A stretch of 31,748 bases of DNA, taken from Thermodesulfobacteriota bacterium (GTDB lineage: Bacteria; Desulfobacterota_D; UBA1144; Nemesobacterales; JAJCZQ01). Position 1 is the first letter of the stretch. Each line of letters opens with the position of its first letter. The stretch covers positions 1 through 31,748 of the forward strand of contig CBDBDR010000008.1 in the NCBI GenBank assembly GCA_965203965.1. The letters run 5' to 3'. The translations under genes and the position numbers were made by a program. Shown piece after piece: positions 13,433-27,993 of this stretch. Under the pieces are notes generated by a model. That model made no database searches. It was not told the DNA's origin and saw only the letters and a program-made list of their open reading frames with translations.

Positions 13433-13620
13433 CAGTGGTTTTATTACTTCTTGCAAGGGTAAACCATAGAGCGTAAAGCGTGGAGCATTAATGCGTTAAA
13501 ATGCTATTAAGTGTTTGATCATGTTCCATTGTGTCTCCATATACCAGTGACTTGACACAGTAGTGACTGCAAGGTGACGCTTTACACTCAAATTTCCTTG
13601 CAAGAAATAATAAAACCTCA
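13433..13620. mobile_element. MITE / non-autonomous DNA transposon remnant, possibly Tc1/mariner-pogo type
   Basis: Left ggttttattacttcttgcaagg..gagcgtaaagcgt (13437-13481) is the imperfect reverse complement of acgctttacactc..ccttgcaagaaataataaaacc (13577-13617). Left end reads TA|CAGTGG; right terminus is degenerate. Confidence 0.7.
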
Positions 13621-13850
13621 ATTTTATAACTGGCATTGGAAATAATTTACACTATAAGAACTATCAGAAAAATAATGGCTTGTCGATTTTCAAAAGTTGG
13701 TTTGGACATGATATCCTTATGACACACCCCAAAATCATCGTTGTTTTCAAGTAGCTAATATAAGATTCTTTCCACTGTCATGGTGTATTACAAACATGAG
13801 TAGTGGCAGTGGAAATTAATGTTAACATCAGGACTTGAGAAAACCGTGTC

Positions 13851-14000
13851 TACTCACTCATCAGTGTTGCTGACAACAGCATTAAATCAACAATGAACCA
13901 GTTGCTATAGACACCAATATCCACTGTCACAAACAATACCACCACGATACTGAGAAGCTGCTAAGATAAGCAGTAAAAACCCATCCAAGTAGGGCATTGA
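13851..14000 (-). pseudogene. Orphan duplicate of the penultimate exon of MFS copy A
   Basis: 13957-13858 matches exon 14432-14321 with a 12-nt in-frame deletion (LLSIVVVLFVTVDIGVYSNWFIVDLMLLSATLM). Acceptor, GTGAGTA donor and part of the upstream intron are also copied. Confidence 0.85.
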
Positions 14001-14147
14001 ACAGACTAATAGACTACCATTGAGTGTGCATTTAAAGAAGGTGATCCCTTATAAATGCAGTTATGTAGCATGCTACATATTCGTCATTATAATTTTTATT
14101 ACTGGTATATGAAATAATTTACACTATAATAAGTAATAAATTAGTCT

Positions 14148-16139
14148 TTAGTATCCTTGAATACTGCCTTTTTGTTTCACTCTCTTCCTGAAAGATAGTC
14201 TTCTCCAGCATGAACCGTTTTCACTGCCATTGCTAGAGTCTAGTTTTACTCTCCTCAGTTTAGGTCTAACAAGAACTGAGAAAAGCACTCCTACTATATA
14301 GCATGGTTCAATCTACTCACCCATTAGTATTGCTGCTAACAGCATTGACCCAACAATGAACCAGTTACTATAGACACCAATATCCAGTGTCACAAACAAT
14401 ACCACTACGTTGATAACCACGATACTGAGAATCTGCCAAGATAAGCAGTAAAACCCATGCAAGCATGCGGGGCATTGTGCAAACCTGAGAGAATCCATTG
14501 AGTAAAGATGCAGACATTGCTTCTGGTAGTGGGTAAGTCATCTCTACAGTGTATTCGTATGCTATTGCTTGAAATGTAGGCACAAGTGCTCTGCATGTGC
14601 AGATATAATTATTATGGTTAGAAACAACATCAACTGGTACTCACGATATCACTCCTGCCATAACACACACAAGCAAGAATGAAAGCTTGAACTGCACAAC
14701 AGCTGCAAATCCAGCCATAGCAATAGTCCCTCCAATAAGGAGTGTGTTCGCTGTACAACTGTAGAGATATACTATAAACAAATGTGTGGTAGAATTTATC
14801 CTCGTACTAGTAAGTTTTTGTCAGATCTAGCCATTTCCCAGCAATGATCATTCCTGACATGGCACAGACCTGAGACACTATGCCCAAGTAACCTATCTCC
14901 ACTTGATAGTCCTCATATCCAGAACTATTCAATACTTCATCAACCACACTCACAAACCCTCCAGCAACAGCTATCACAATGCCTGTACATGGATTGTAAG
15001 AGAGATCACTTGCTAAGCCATATGCTTACCAAACACAACCACAAATATGATGAAATAAAAATTTTTCAACAAAAGAAGTAAAGACTTGAAGAATGGTAAC
15101 TTCTTTTCGTTGTCTTCAATGTGCTTTGAGATACTAGGAGGAGTAGGAGGAGCATCTGGTACAACTGAAGTGACAGAATGTACTTGAAACTAATATCACA
15201 AAGAATAGTTAACTTACAGAATCCAAAAACAGCAATGATTGAAGCAAACACAGCTTGCCCTAACAGATAGTAGTACATCTTGGACCCAATGTCTCCCTGC
15301 CAGTCAAGGAAGGCTGGAGATGACCGAGGCACAGCTATAGTGGAGTTGCAGATGTAGTCAGTGTTTGGATTCTGGACATAAAATGGTCCAACTGCCAGTC
15401 CGACCATTATACCGAACTGGAGAATGAGAGGATTGTTGTACTGCAGTTATATGCATTTGGTACTACCTACATTTGGTGCAATTGCTCCTAACAGGGCAGA
15501 TGCTGATGCCCTCTCTGATGGAGGGAACCAGACACAAGCGAGAAGAGAGGGAGCACTCCATTCAAACACATTTGTTAGAGAGCCAAACGTCTGCCCTGCC
15601 AGCAACAACCAAAACAATTCAGGGCCTGTGGTGATAAAGTATTTGTGTTGTGTCCATAGCAGCCATACATAACACTACATACCTGATCCTGCAAATCTCA
15701 TCCAGCAACCAATAGCATTAATGCATCCCCCAACAATGGCTGTAGCTCGGAGTCCGTATCGTTCCAGAAAATGTGCAATGGGTAAAAAGAACAACATGTA
15801 GGTTAGCATGTAAGTCCAAGACAGTGCATTGATCCACCACAAGCTGACGCCATAGTAACAAGCAGTAATGTCACTGATAGGGCTCGTTGTGATCCACACA
15901 GTGTTGTTACAGCCTAGGTGAAGACAGAAAACAAGGAGCACGAACCAACGCACAGGATAGGTCTTAGTGACGATGTGACTTTTATCTACTTCGTCGACGA
16001 CTACTTTCACATCGCCATCAGTGCTCATGTACGGTGGAGGAGACGACGATGGAATGTTATCAATCAAGGGAGTGTGTTCTGTTGCAGGCTGCTGATCATC
16101 CTCACGAATGACTGGAGAAGAACGCGACGGCTCATCCAT
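14148..16139 (-). CDS. FLVCR/SLC49-like MFS transporter, copy A
   Basis: Splices to an intact frame: KTYPVRWFVLLVF, NNTVWIT..PI, GLRAT, WFPPSERASA, PPTPPS, YEYTVEMTYPLPEAMS, RPKLRR; stop at 14148. Confidence 0.88.
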
Positions 16140-16239
16140 ACCCTGCTCCACTACTAACTATACCATAATACCGTTATTCATAACTGTTATCATGTGATAA
16201 GCATAGTAGAATTAGCATATAATAGGATTTATGAGTGTT

Positions 16240-18205
16240 TCAACTATGCCCCTGAATACTGGCTTTCCTAAATCCATTCCTTCTAGCTGACAGCACTCTC
16301 CAACACGAGAATTCTTTACTATCATCAGTAGAATCTAACTTCACTCTTCTGAGTTTTGGTCTGACAAAAACTGTAAATAATTATCATAACATGATTTTAT
16401 CAAAGAATTTTTTCTCCTCACCCATTACTATAGCGCATACTAGCATTGTTCCAGCAATAAACCAGTTGCTGTAGACACCGATATCCAGTGTGACAAATAA
16501 TACAACTATATTGATCATTCCAATACTGACCAGCTGCAAAGAACAAAGAGACTGAGCTATCAGAATACAAGACTCATAGACTAACCTGTGAGAATGCATT
16601 GAGAACAGATGCAGAGGTAGCTTCAGGTACTGGATATGTCATTTCCACGGTGTATTCATAACTTATTGCTTGAAATACTGGTACAGTAAGTCTATAGCCC
16701 ACATGAACATAAACTGCAATCACTGTATCACAAGTTGGCACTTACGATTCCAGTCCTGCCATGACACACACAAGCCAGAATGAAAGCTTGAACTGAACAA
16801 TGACCGCAAATCCAATTAGAGCGCCAAGTCCACCAACAGCCAGTGCATTTGCTGTGCAACTAAGCAAATCTTAACGCAGCTCTTGCATTTTGTTCAAAAA
16901 CTTACTAGTATGTCTTAGTGAAATCTAGCCAACGTCCAACAACTATCATTCCAAACATGGCACTTACTTGAGCCACTATGCCTAGGTAACCAATCTCCAC
17001 TTGATAACCCTCGTATCCAGAATTGTTGAGAACTTCATCAACTACACTCACAAATCCTCCTGACACCGCTATTGTAATACCTGCAAGGACAACATCAACA
17101 AATGTGTTACCATTTGTGGTTCTTAACTCACTAAACACAACCATGTACATTACAAAGTAGACATTTTTAAAAAGAAGCTTTAAAGAAGTGATGAACGGCA
17201 TTTTCGTCTCGTTGTCTTCTATGTGTTTTGAAATACTCGGAGGAGTAGGAGGAGCATCTGATACAACTGCAATGAGAACCACCATAAGTGAACCGGTTCA
17301 AAAATTACACTGGCACTTACAAAATCCAAGAACAGCAATGATTGAAGCAAACACGGCTTGCCCCAACAGATAGTAGTACATCTTGGACCCAATGTCTCCC
17401 TGCCAGTCAAGGAAGGCTGGAGATGACCGAGGCACAGCTATAGTGGAGTTGCAGATATAGTCAGTGTTTGGATTCTGGACATAAAATGGTCCAATCACTA
17501 AACCAATCAGAACACCAAGTTGAGCTGATATTGCTCCAAGCAGAGCTGACGCTGTAGTTCTCTCGGATAGAGGAAACCAGACACTTGCAAGAAGAGAGGG
17601 AGCAGCCCATTCAAATACGTTTGTGATTGAAGCGACCATTTGTCCTGTTAGCAACAACCAAAACATGTCCGGACCTGCATGAACAAACAAAACATTATTA
17701 AATTTAAAAATTAAATTTGTACATGTATACCTATTCCTGCAAACCTGAGCCAGCATCCTGCAGCATTGGCGCATCCTCCTATTATAGCAGTAGCTCTCAA
17801 TCCGCACACATCCACAAATCTTGCAACAGGTAAAAAGATCAGTACATACGTCAGCATGGCAGCCCAGGACATTGCATTGATCCACCACAAGCTGACGCCA
17901 TAGTAGCAAGCAGTAATGTCACTGATAGGGCTCGTTGTGATCCAAACAGTGTTGTTACTCGTGAGGTGGAGAAAGAAAACAAGAAGAACAAACCAGCGCA
18001 TAGGATAGGTTTTGATGACGATATCCTTCTTCGCTTCCTCGTCGATCTTCACCTCGCCATCTGTGCTAGTTGTGTATGGTGGAGGAGACGTCGATGAAAC
18101 GCCAACAATCAGGTGAGTGTGCTCTGTTGCAGGCCGCTGGTCATCACGAGCAAGAACGGATCCATGGGAAGAAAATCTCGATGAAATGCCACTATCCTCT
18201 TCCAT
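16240..18205 (-). CDS. FLVCR/SLC49-like MFS transporter, copy B
   Basis: Same motif series (KTYPMRWFVL, WFPLSERTTA, PPTPPS, YEYTVEMTYP, RPKLRR); lacks one intron found in the other copies. Confidence 0.88.
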
Positions 18206-18396
18206 CGACCTTATTGGCTCTCTGCCCCTCCTGCTGTGTATACTAGCATTATTTGCACACCCATACAAATTTATTGTCTGTGGTTGTAGTATTCATGCTC
18301 ATAAAAACAATCATGTGATGGATCTGATGGTACATATAAATATACGTTCATGTATTACAGATTCTTGAAAAAATCTATGTTCTTAATCTGCAACAA

Positions 18397-21362
18397 TCAC
18401 AACTGCCTCGATCTTTTCCATAACCACCGCTTCTTGACTTGATTAGGAGCGTCAAAGGATTCCACTTTTTGTCTTTTAAGCTCTGGTCTAATGAAAACTG
18501 AAATGAAAGAAATAAACACTCATGATAATAGCATTAAACGACACCATAAATAAATCTATGACGACACTCACAGATTTTGAAGCTGTAAAAATAATATAGT
18601 TACTTACCCATAACGATTGTGCTGAGTACCACAAGACAAGCCATTATCCAGCTACTATACACAGCTAGATGATCACTCATAGCCACTACCACATTCAGTA
18701 AGACTATGTTCAGCAACTGGTAAGAATGAGAATCATGACAAGAAGTATCGATTTGCAGGATTATTCACCTGAGAGGTAGCATTGGGCAAACCAGCTGAAT
18801 CGCTCTCTGGTCGAGGATATGTAATCTCGACTGCATACTCATAGCCCACAGCTTGAAATGCCATCACAAATGCCCTGCACAACATCCTCCTGTTTTTAAA
18901 CACAGTGACACATGAATTGACTTACGTTAGTAAACCATAGAATACACAAGCTAAATAGAAATTTAATTTAAATTGAACAGCAAGTGAGAAACCTATCAGT
19001 GAGATTGATGATCCGACTGTTATTACCACAGCAGTAAAGCTGAAATTATCACACACTATAGCAATGACTGGAATATCGTTAATTTCTCACTAGTATGTTT
19101 TGCTGTAAGCCAGCCACAAACTTCCAAGCAAAATAGAAATAATGGATAAAGCTGGAGCAATAATTCCTGCATATCCAACTGTCTGTTGATATTTACTGTA
19201 GCCAGAATTAACAAGTATTTCTTCAATCGATGTTGTAAGAGTGCCAGAAACAGCAACAAGAATTGCTGAAAAATAGTTGCATTATAAAAATTCGGGAGAA
19301 AGTGCAACTTACTGAAGACAATGGACAACAAGACAAAGGGAATATTCTTGTATAGCTCAAGCAAAGATCGAAATGCAGAAAGTTTCTTATATTCTTTTTT
19401 CTCCGCTTCAGAGATACTTGGAGGAATTGGTGGAGCAGAAGGTACACCTACACACAATAATAATATATATTTAAAGTGAGCAATTATAGAGGACTTACAA
19501 AACGTGATTGGCAAGAGGATCGAAGCTGCAATTGCCTGAGCTAGTAGATATATCAGCAACTGTTGATGGATTCCTTCTTGCCAATCAAGAAATGCAGGAG
19601 ATGATCGAGGAATAGGATGAGTGGTGTTGCAAATAGTGAAGGTGTTAGGATCGTGCACAACAAATGCAGCAACTGGCATGCCCAGTAACAATCCAATCTT
19701 GAGAGAAATGAAATAATTATCATTTAAGATATTAATGGGTAGCCTCTTAACATCATCACCCATAAGCCCAAGATGCCAAGAAGGGTGAAGCCAGCAAAAT
19801 AACCATAGAGCTTACCAATCTCCTTCAAGTCAAGGAGCTGCCACTCAGCTGTACGGCAAAAACTACAGAGGCTTGGTGCTCACTCAGACAAGTGCTTCCA
19901 GGGCAGCGCTAGTATTGCACATGGGGACAGAGCAGGTTCAGTATTGCACATGGGGACAGAGCAGGCTCAGTATTGCACATGGGGACAGAGCAGGCTCAGT
20001 ATTGCACATGGGGACAGAGCAGGCTCAGTATTGCACATGGGAACAGAGCAGGCTCAGTATTGCACATGGGAACAGAGCAGGCTCAGTATTGCACATGGGG
20101 ACAGAGCAGGCTCAGTATTGCACATGGGGACAGAGCAGGCTCAGTATTGCACATGGGGACAGAGCAGGCTCAGTATTGCACATGGGGACAGAGCAGGCTC
20201 AGTATTGCACATGGGGACAGAGCAGGCTCAGTATTGCACATGGGGACAGAGCAGGCTCAGTATTGCACATGGGGACAGAGCAGGCTCAGTATTGCACATG
20301 GGGACAGAGCAGGCTCAGTATTGCACATGGGGACAGAGCAGGCTCAGTATTGCACATGGGGACAGAGCAGGCTCAGTATTGCACATGGGGACAGAGCAGG
20401 CTCAGTATTGCACATGGGGACAGAGCAGGCTCAGTATTGCACATGGGGACAGAGCAGGCTCAGTATTGCACATGGGGACAGAGCAGGCTCAGTATTGCAC
20501 ATGGGGACAGAGCAGGCTCAGTATTGCACATGGGGACAGAGCAGGCTCAGTATTGCACATGGGGACAGAGAAGGCTCAGTATTGCACATGGGAACAGAGC
20601 AGGCTCAGTATTGCACATGGGGACAGAGCAGGCTCAGTATTGCACATGGGGACAGAGCAGGCTCAGTATTGCACATGGGGACAGAGAAGGCTCAGTATTG
20701 CACATGGGGATCAGTATTGCACACGGGACATGGGGACAGTAATTTTATCTCAGCATGCTTAACACTCACTTGAGGAGCCATGGCTCCTGCAATAGCTGTT
20801 GAGATAGCTCTTTCTGAAGGAGAGAACCAGACACTAGAGAGGAAAGAAGGCCCAGTCCACAGCAACAGATTGCTGATTGATGCTACAGTCTGCCCAGCCA
20901 TGAGCAGTGGAAACAGGCCTGGATCTGTTATTAGTGCAAACAGAGTCAACCATCAAGTTCATGCATGCAAGGCTTACCAGATCCAGCATATCTGAGCCAA
21001 GTCCCAATGACATTGAAGCAGCCACTGACAATCACTGCAACACGAATACCCATTACGTTAAGGAACCATGCAGCAGGAATAAACAGTAGCACGTAGACCA
21101 GCATGAATACCCAAGTGAGAGCATTCGTCCAGAACAGGTTTACATCGTAGTAGCAACCGAGGATGACGTCAATAGGACTCATACTCACCCACAGCACGTT
21201 ACCCATAGCTAGCTGGAGAGAAAACACCAACAGCACAAACCAGCGAATGGGATAGGTTTTTGTCGACACAACAGAATCGTTGATCAACGAAGAAGAGCCC
21301 ATGAGTGGATCATTCGCGTCTTTGAGATGGTCAGGCTTCTCCATCATGGTAGTTGCACGCAT
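18397..21362 (-). CDS. FLVCR/SLC49-like MFS transporter, copy C
   Basis: KTYPIRWFVL, WFSPSERAIS, PPIPPS, YEYAVEITYP, RPELKR; intron 19698-20769 expanded by a minisatellite. Confidence 0.85.
19911..20740. repeat. 29-bp minisatellite, 27 full units plus partial units, intronic
   Basis: Unit AGTATTGCACATGGGGACAGAGCAGGCTC in exact 29-bp register from 19911 to 20693, with a few single-base variants. Confidence 0.97.
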
Positions 21363-21672
21363 GAGCTGGCAGTACGACGGTTAGGAATGTAACTTACTGC
21401 AGCCACGCCCAGAATGTCAAATCAATCGATCATGCCGAGAATCATGCATTGTGCATTATGAGTGTCACCATTTCACACACACCGTAAACTGCAGCTATTA
21501 GAACCTTTCTGTACAGCAATCACAGTGCAGTATAATCATGCCATAACTCGAGAACGAAGCTTCGTATTCTTGAAACAATGGAAAAGTGAGATAAAATTAA
21601 TAATATATAATTATTAGTTCTTGTGGCCCCGCCCACCGAAGCATTATTATTGTGCAGTGATTATTGTAGTGA

Positions 21673-23555
21673 TTATTCGGTCACTGAGTCTGTGTCAATT
21701 TCAATTCTTCTCAGTTTTGGTCTGGTGAACACTACATACGTGCAATAGATAATGCAGTATTAAATGCAGCAGGTGTTGTCTTACCCATTATAAAACTTCC
21801 TATTACTATGAGTCCTGTGAGTAGCCAACTGCAGTACACAGCTAGGCTTGGAACTATCATTGGTAACACAGCATACAAGAGAATGATGCCAAATAACTGT
21901 GCATACATAGGATTGAAGATTTAAAAATACTTTTAAAAAATACTTGTGAGGCTGCATTGAGCAGAGCAGCAGAAATAGATTCCGGTTGAGGGTAAGTCAT
22001 TTCCACGGCATACTCATAGGCAAACCCTTGAAAAGACATTCCTCCCATTCTGTAATGATCAGAAAATCAAACATGCACATTTTAATAAAGTTTGACTCAC
22101 TGTGCAAAACTGTATAAAACAGCTACCAGGTAGAAATTCAATTTTAGTTGAATTGCAATAGTAAACCCAACAGCAAACATTATATAAATAGTTGATAAAA
22201 GTATACCGGTAAAACTGTAAAAATAATTTTGAATAACAGCTACTAAAATTTATACTTGAACTTACTAGTACTTTTTGCTGTAACTAAGCCAAATTCCTGT
22301 AACAAGAACACCAATAGCATTCGTGATGGCACTAATAATACCCAGATACCCCATAGAGTTTTGATATGACTCATAGCCAGTGGTAACAAGCAACTCTTGT
22401 ACTATTGTATTGAAAACAGATGATACTGCAACAAACAGTACTGCAATAGAAGCAAACAGCCTCATCAATAGTTAAAAGATCACGCATGCATGCATGACTC
22501 ACGGAAAGCAATAATGAGCATGACATAATATGGGTTCTTTAGAAGATCAAGAACAGAGCTGACAATTGAGGTCTTCTTCATTCTATCTTGCAGCTGCTTT
22601 GAGAGACTGGGAGGAACAGAAGGAATAGCTGGAACACCTATAATAAAAAACATGATTGAACGCTCGATTGTTATTAGTGGTAGTGCATTCTTACAACAGC
22701 TAAGCGGAATTAAGAGGAAGATCAGAATTGCTTGACCTAGTAGATAGTACAGCAATTGTTGGTGAATTTTAGCTTCCCAGTCAATAAAGGTAGGAGAAGA
22801 ACGAGGAAGAGGATCACTGGTATTGCAGATGGTGAAAGTGTCAGGACTGTGGACTATGAAAGGCCCAAATGGCGTACCCAATAACATCCCAATCTGAAAA
22901 GTCATAAATTTACTAATGAATGCATTAAACTGTTGTTGTTTTTTTAACCTGGGGAGCAATAGCTCCACTAATAGCTGTTGCAATGGCTCTCTCTGAGGGA
23001 GGGAACCACACACTGGAAAGCAATGAGGGACCAGTCCACATTATCACACAGCCCACTGATGCAATAGTCTGCCCAACTAGCATTAACCAAAACAAGTTGG
23101 GACCTTTGGAACTTCTATAAATGCAAGTTGAGGAGAATGTTAAGCTTACCAGACCCCGAAAATCTCAACCAAGCCCCCGCCGAGTTCAAACATGCTGTTA
23201 CAATCACTGCAGAGCGGATCCCGTAGTCCTCCAGGAACTTTGCTGCCGGAGCAAATAGCAAAATATAGGTGACGAAGAAGCACAGTGTTAGAGCATTGAT
23301 CCAGCCCAATCCGACACCATAGTAGCAGGCTGCGACGGTACTGATTGGTAGAATGGTTGCCCAGATTACATTGCTTGCAGCAGTATTGAGAGTGAACACG
23401 ACCAGCACAAACCAACGAATCGAGTACGATTTGGTAACAGGAGTAGTGGGTGATGTCTTCACTACCAATAGAGTGCGCTCAGTAGGATTTCGAAGATCGT
23501 TTTTAAGCTCATCCTTGTCGACTGCAGCTTCTTGATGGTCCGGATTGCGTTTCAT
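21673..23555 (-). CDS. FLVCR/SLC49-like MFS transporter, copy D
   Basis: KSYSIRWFVL, WFPPSERAIA, PSVPPS, YEYAVEMTYPQPES, RPKLRR; stop at 21673. Confidence 0.87.
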
Positions 23556-23878
23556 TATCTGCTAACGCCGCCGGACTACCAGCTACACAGTACAGACATA
23601 TATGACTGTCGCCGGAACGCAGCAGTTAGCCTAGCTAGCATTCAGTGCTATTATCACTGAATGTTTCCTCTTCAAGAGAAATATTGGCACGATAAACTAT
23701 GTAACAACATGGTGTTGACACTGTGTATGTCAGAAGGCTGGTGAAACATCAGTTCTCAGCATCCCTTCTTGAATGTAGTCTAACGTCATATTTTCTTCAA
23801 AACACAATCATGTTTACATGTCAGTAATTAATAATGTTATTTTAATTTCTTTACACAGAAGAAAATTTGTGGAACCAG

Positions 23879-23918
<40 letters not shown>

Positions 23919-24100
23919 AGTTGCAGTTGTTGTTTTGTTGTCTGAACTTATGAGAATCTAGTAATGTATTAATGCAAAAATACTAAACAAAAGTAGTATA
24001 ATAACATACTAATAGAATAAAGTTTGATGTACAACATACATACAGACAGACAGACAAAAGGAGATAATGGTATAGAAGTTTGTCATCTCATCAAGTATTT

Positions 24101-27356
<3,256 letters not shown>

Positions 27357-27595
27357 CTTCCTCCTCTACTGTATCCTCCGATCACTAGGCAGGTGTTGTT
27401 GACAGCGAGGTTGACAACGACAAGGAGGGAGCGGGTACAAGTGAAACGTTTCCGGTGGTCGTTACAGTAGGTGGCTGAGCCAAGTCTCTCAATTTGTAGT
27501 TATTAGGCAGTCCCACGATCACCTCTTGCGACTGTACCGGGTGAAGAGGCACCTATAACGCGGTGACAGTGACGCGAATTGATGCAACTTTCAAG

Positions 27596-27993
27596 CCAAT
27601 CCAGTACACGCCCACAGCAACAACACTATAAACTGGGTGGAGTCCTTAAAGATCACGTGATCACAACTATTTGTTTCTAGCATCACGTGATACAATATCA
27701 TTATCTATAGCCTTTTGCAGGTGGCACACTTCATTTCCTTTCGGTGGTTGAGCAAACAGGGAAAATTCGACCTCTTTCTTTGAACTCTCAGTCTGATCTG
27801 CATCTGATGTTAGCACGAGCACGTGATCATGTAAATCAATTGAAGAGGGTGTGGTTTCTTAGCCGCAATTAAAATCATTCTAACCAAATTTGGCCGAGAA
27901 ACCAAGAACGGACAGAGCCGTGGTTAGCTCGTTTGAAGATATTCTGCTGCTTTCCTGCACGCCACGGCCTCTCACAGATTCTTGATCACGTGA
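27596..27993. promoter_or_regulatory. Divergent promoter region (kinase/GTPase) with CCAAT box, GC/GT boxes and four E-boxes
   Basis: CCAAT 27596, CACGCCC 27607, GGGTGTGG 27847; CACGTG cores within 27651-27662, 27682-27691, 27819-27828 and 27984-27993. Confidence 0.6.

Noticed and set aside
18560..18610. Possible microexon in the last intron of MFS copy C
   Set aside because: It would be 11 nt (frameshifting) and need a 25-nt intron.
19873..20773. Three long overlapping ORFs (266-289 aa) and a possible CRISPR-like array
   Set aside because: The ORFs arise from a stop-free 29-bp tandem unit on the antisense strand of an intron. There are no spacers and no cas genes.
14808..22270. Apparent premature TAG after KTY/KKY in each MFS copy
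   Set aside because: These are TA|gt splice donors; the spliced frames stay open.
27385..27552. 55-codon stop-free minus-strand frame ending 28 bp before the kinase ATG
   Set aside because: No ATG, no convincing upstream exon, and it lies directly after CCAAT and GC boxes. Best read as a 5'UTR.
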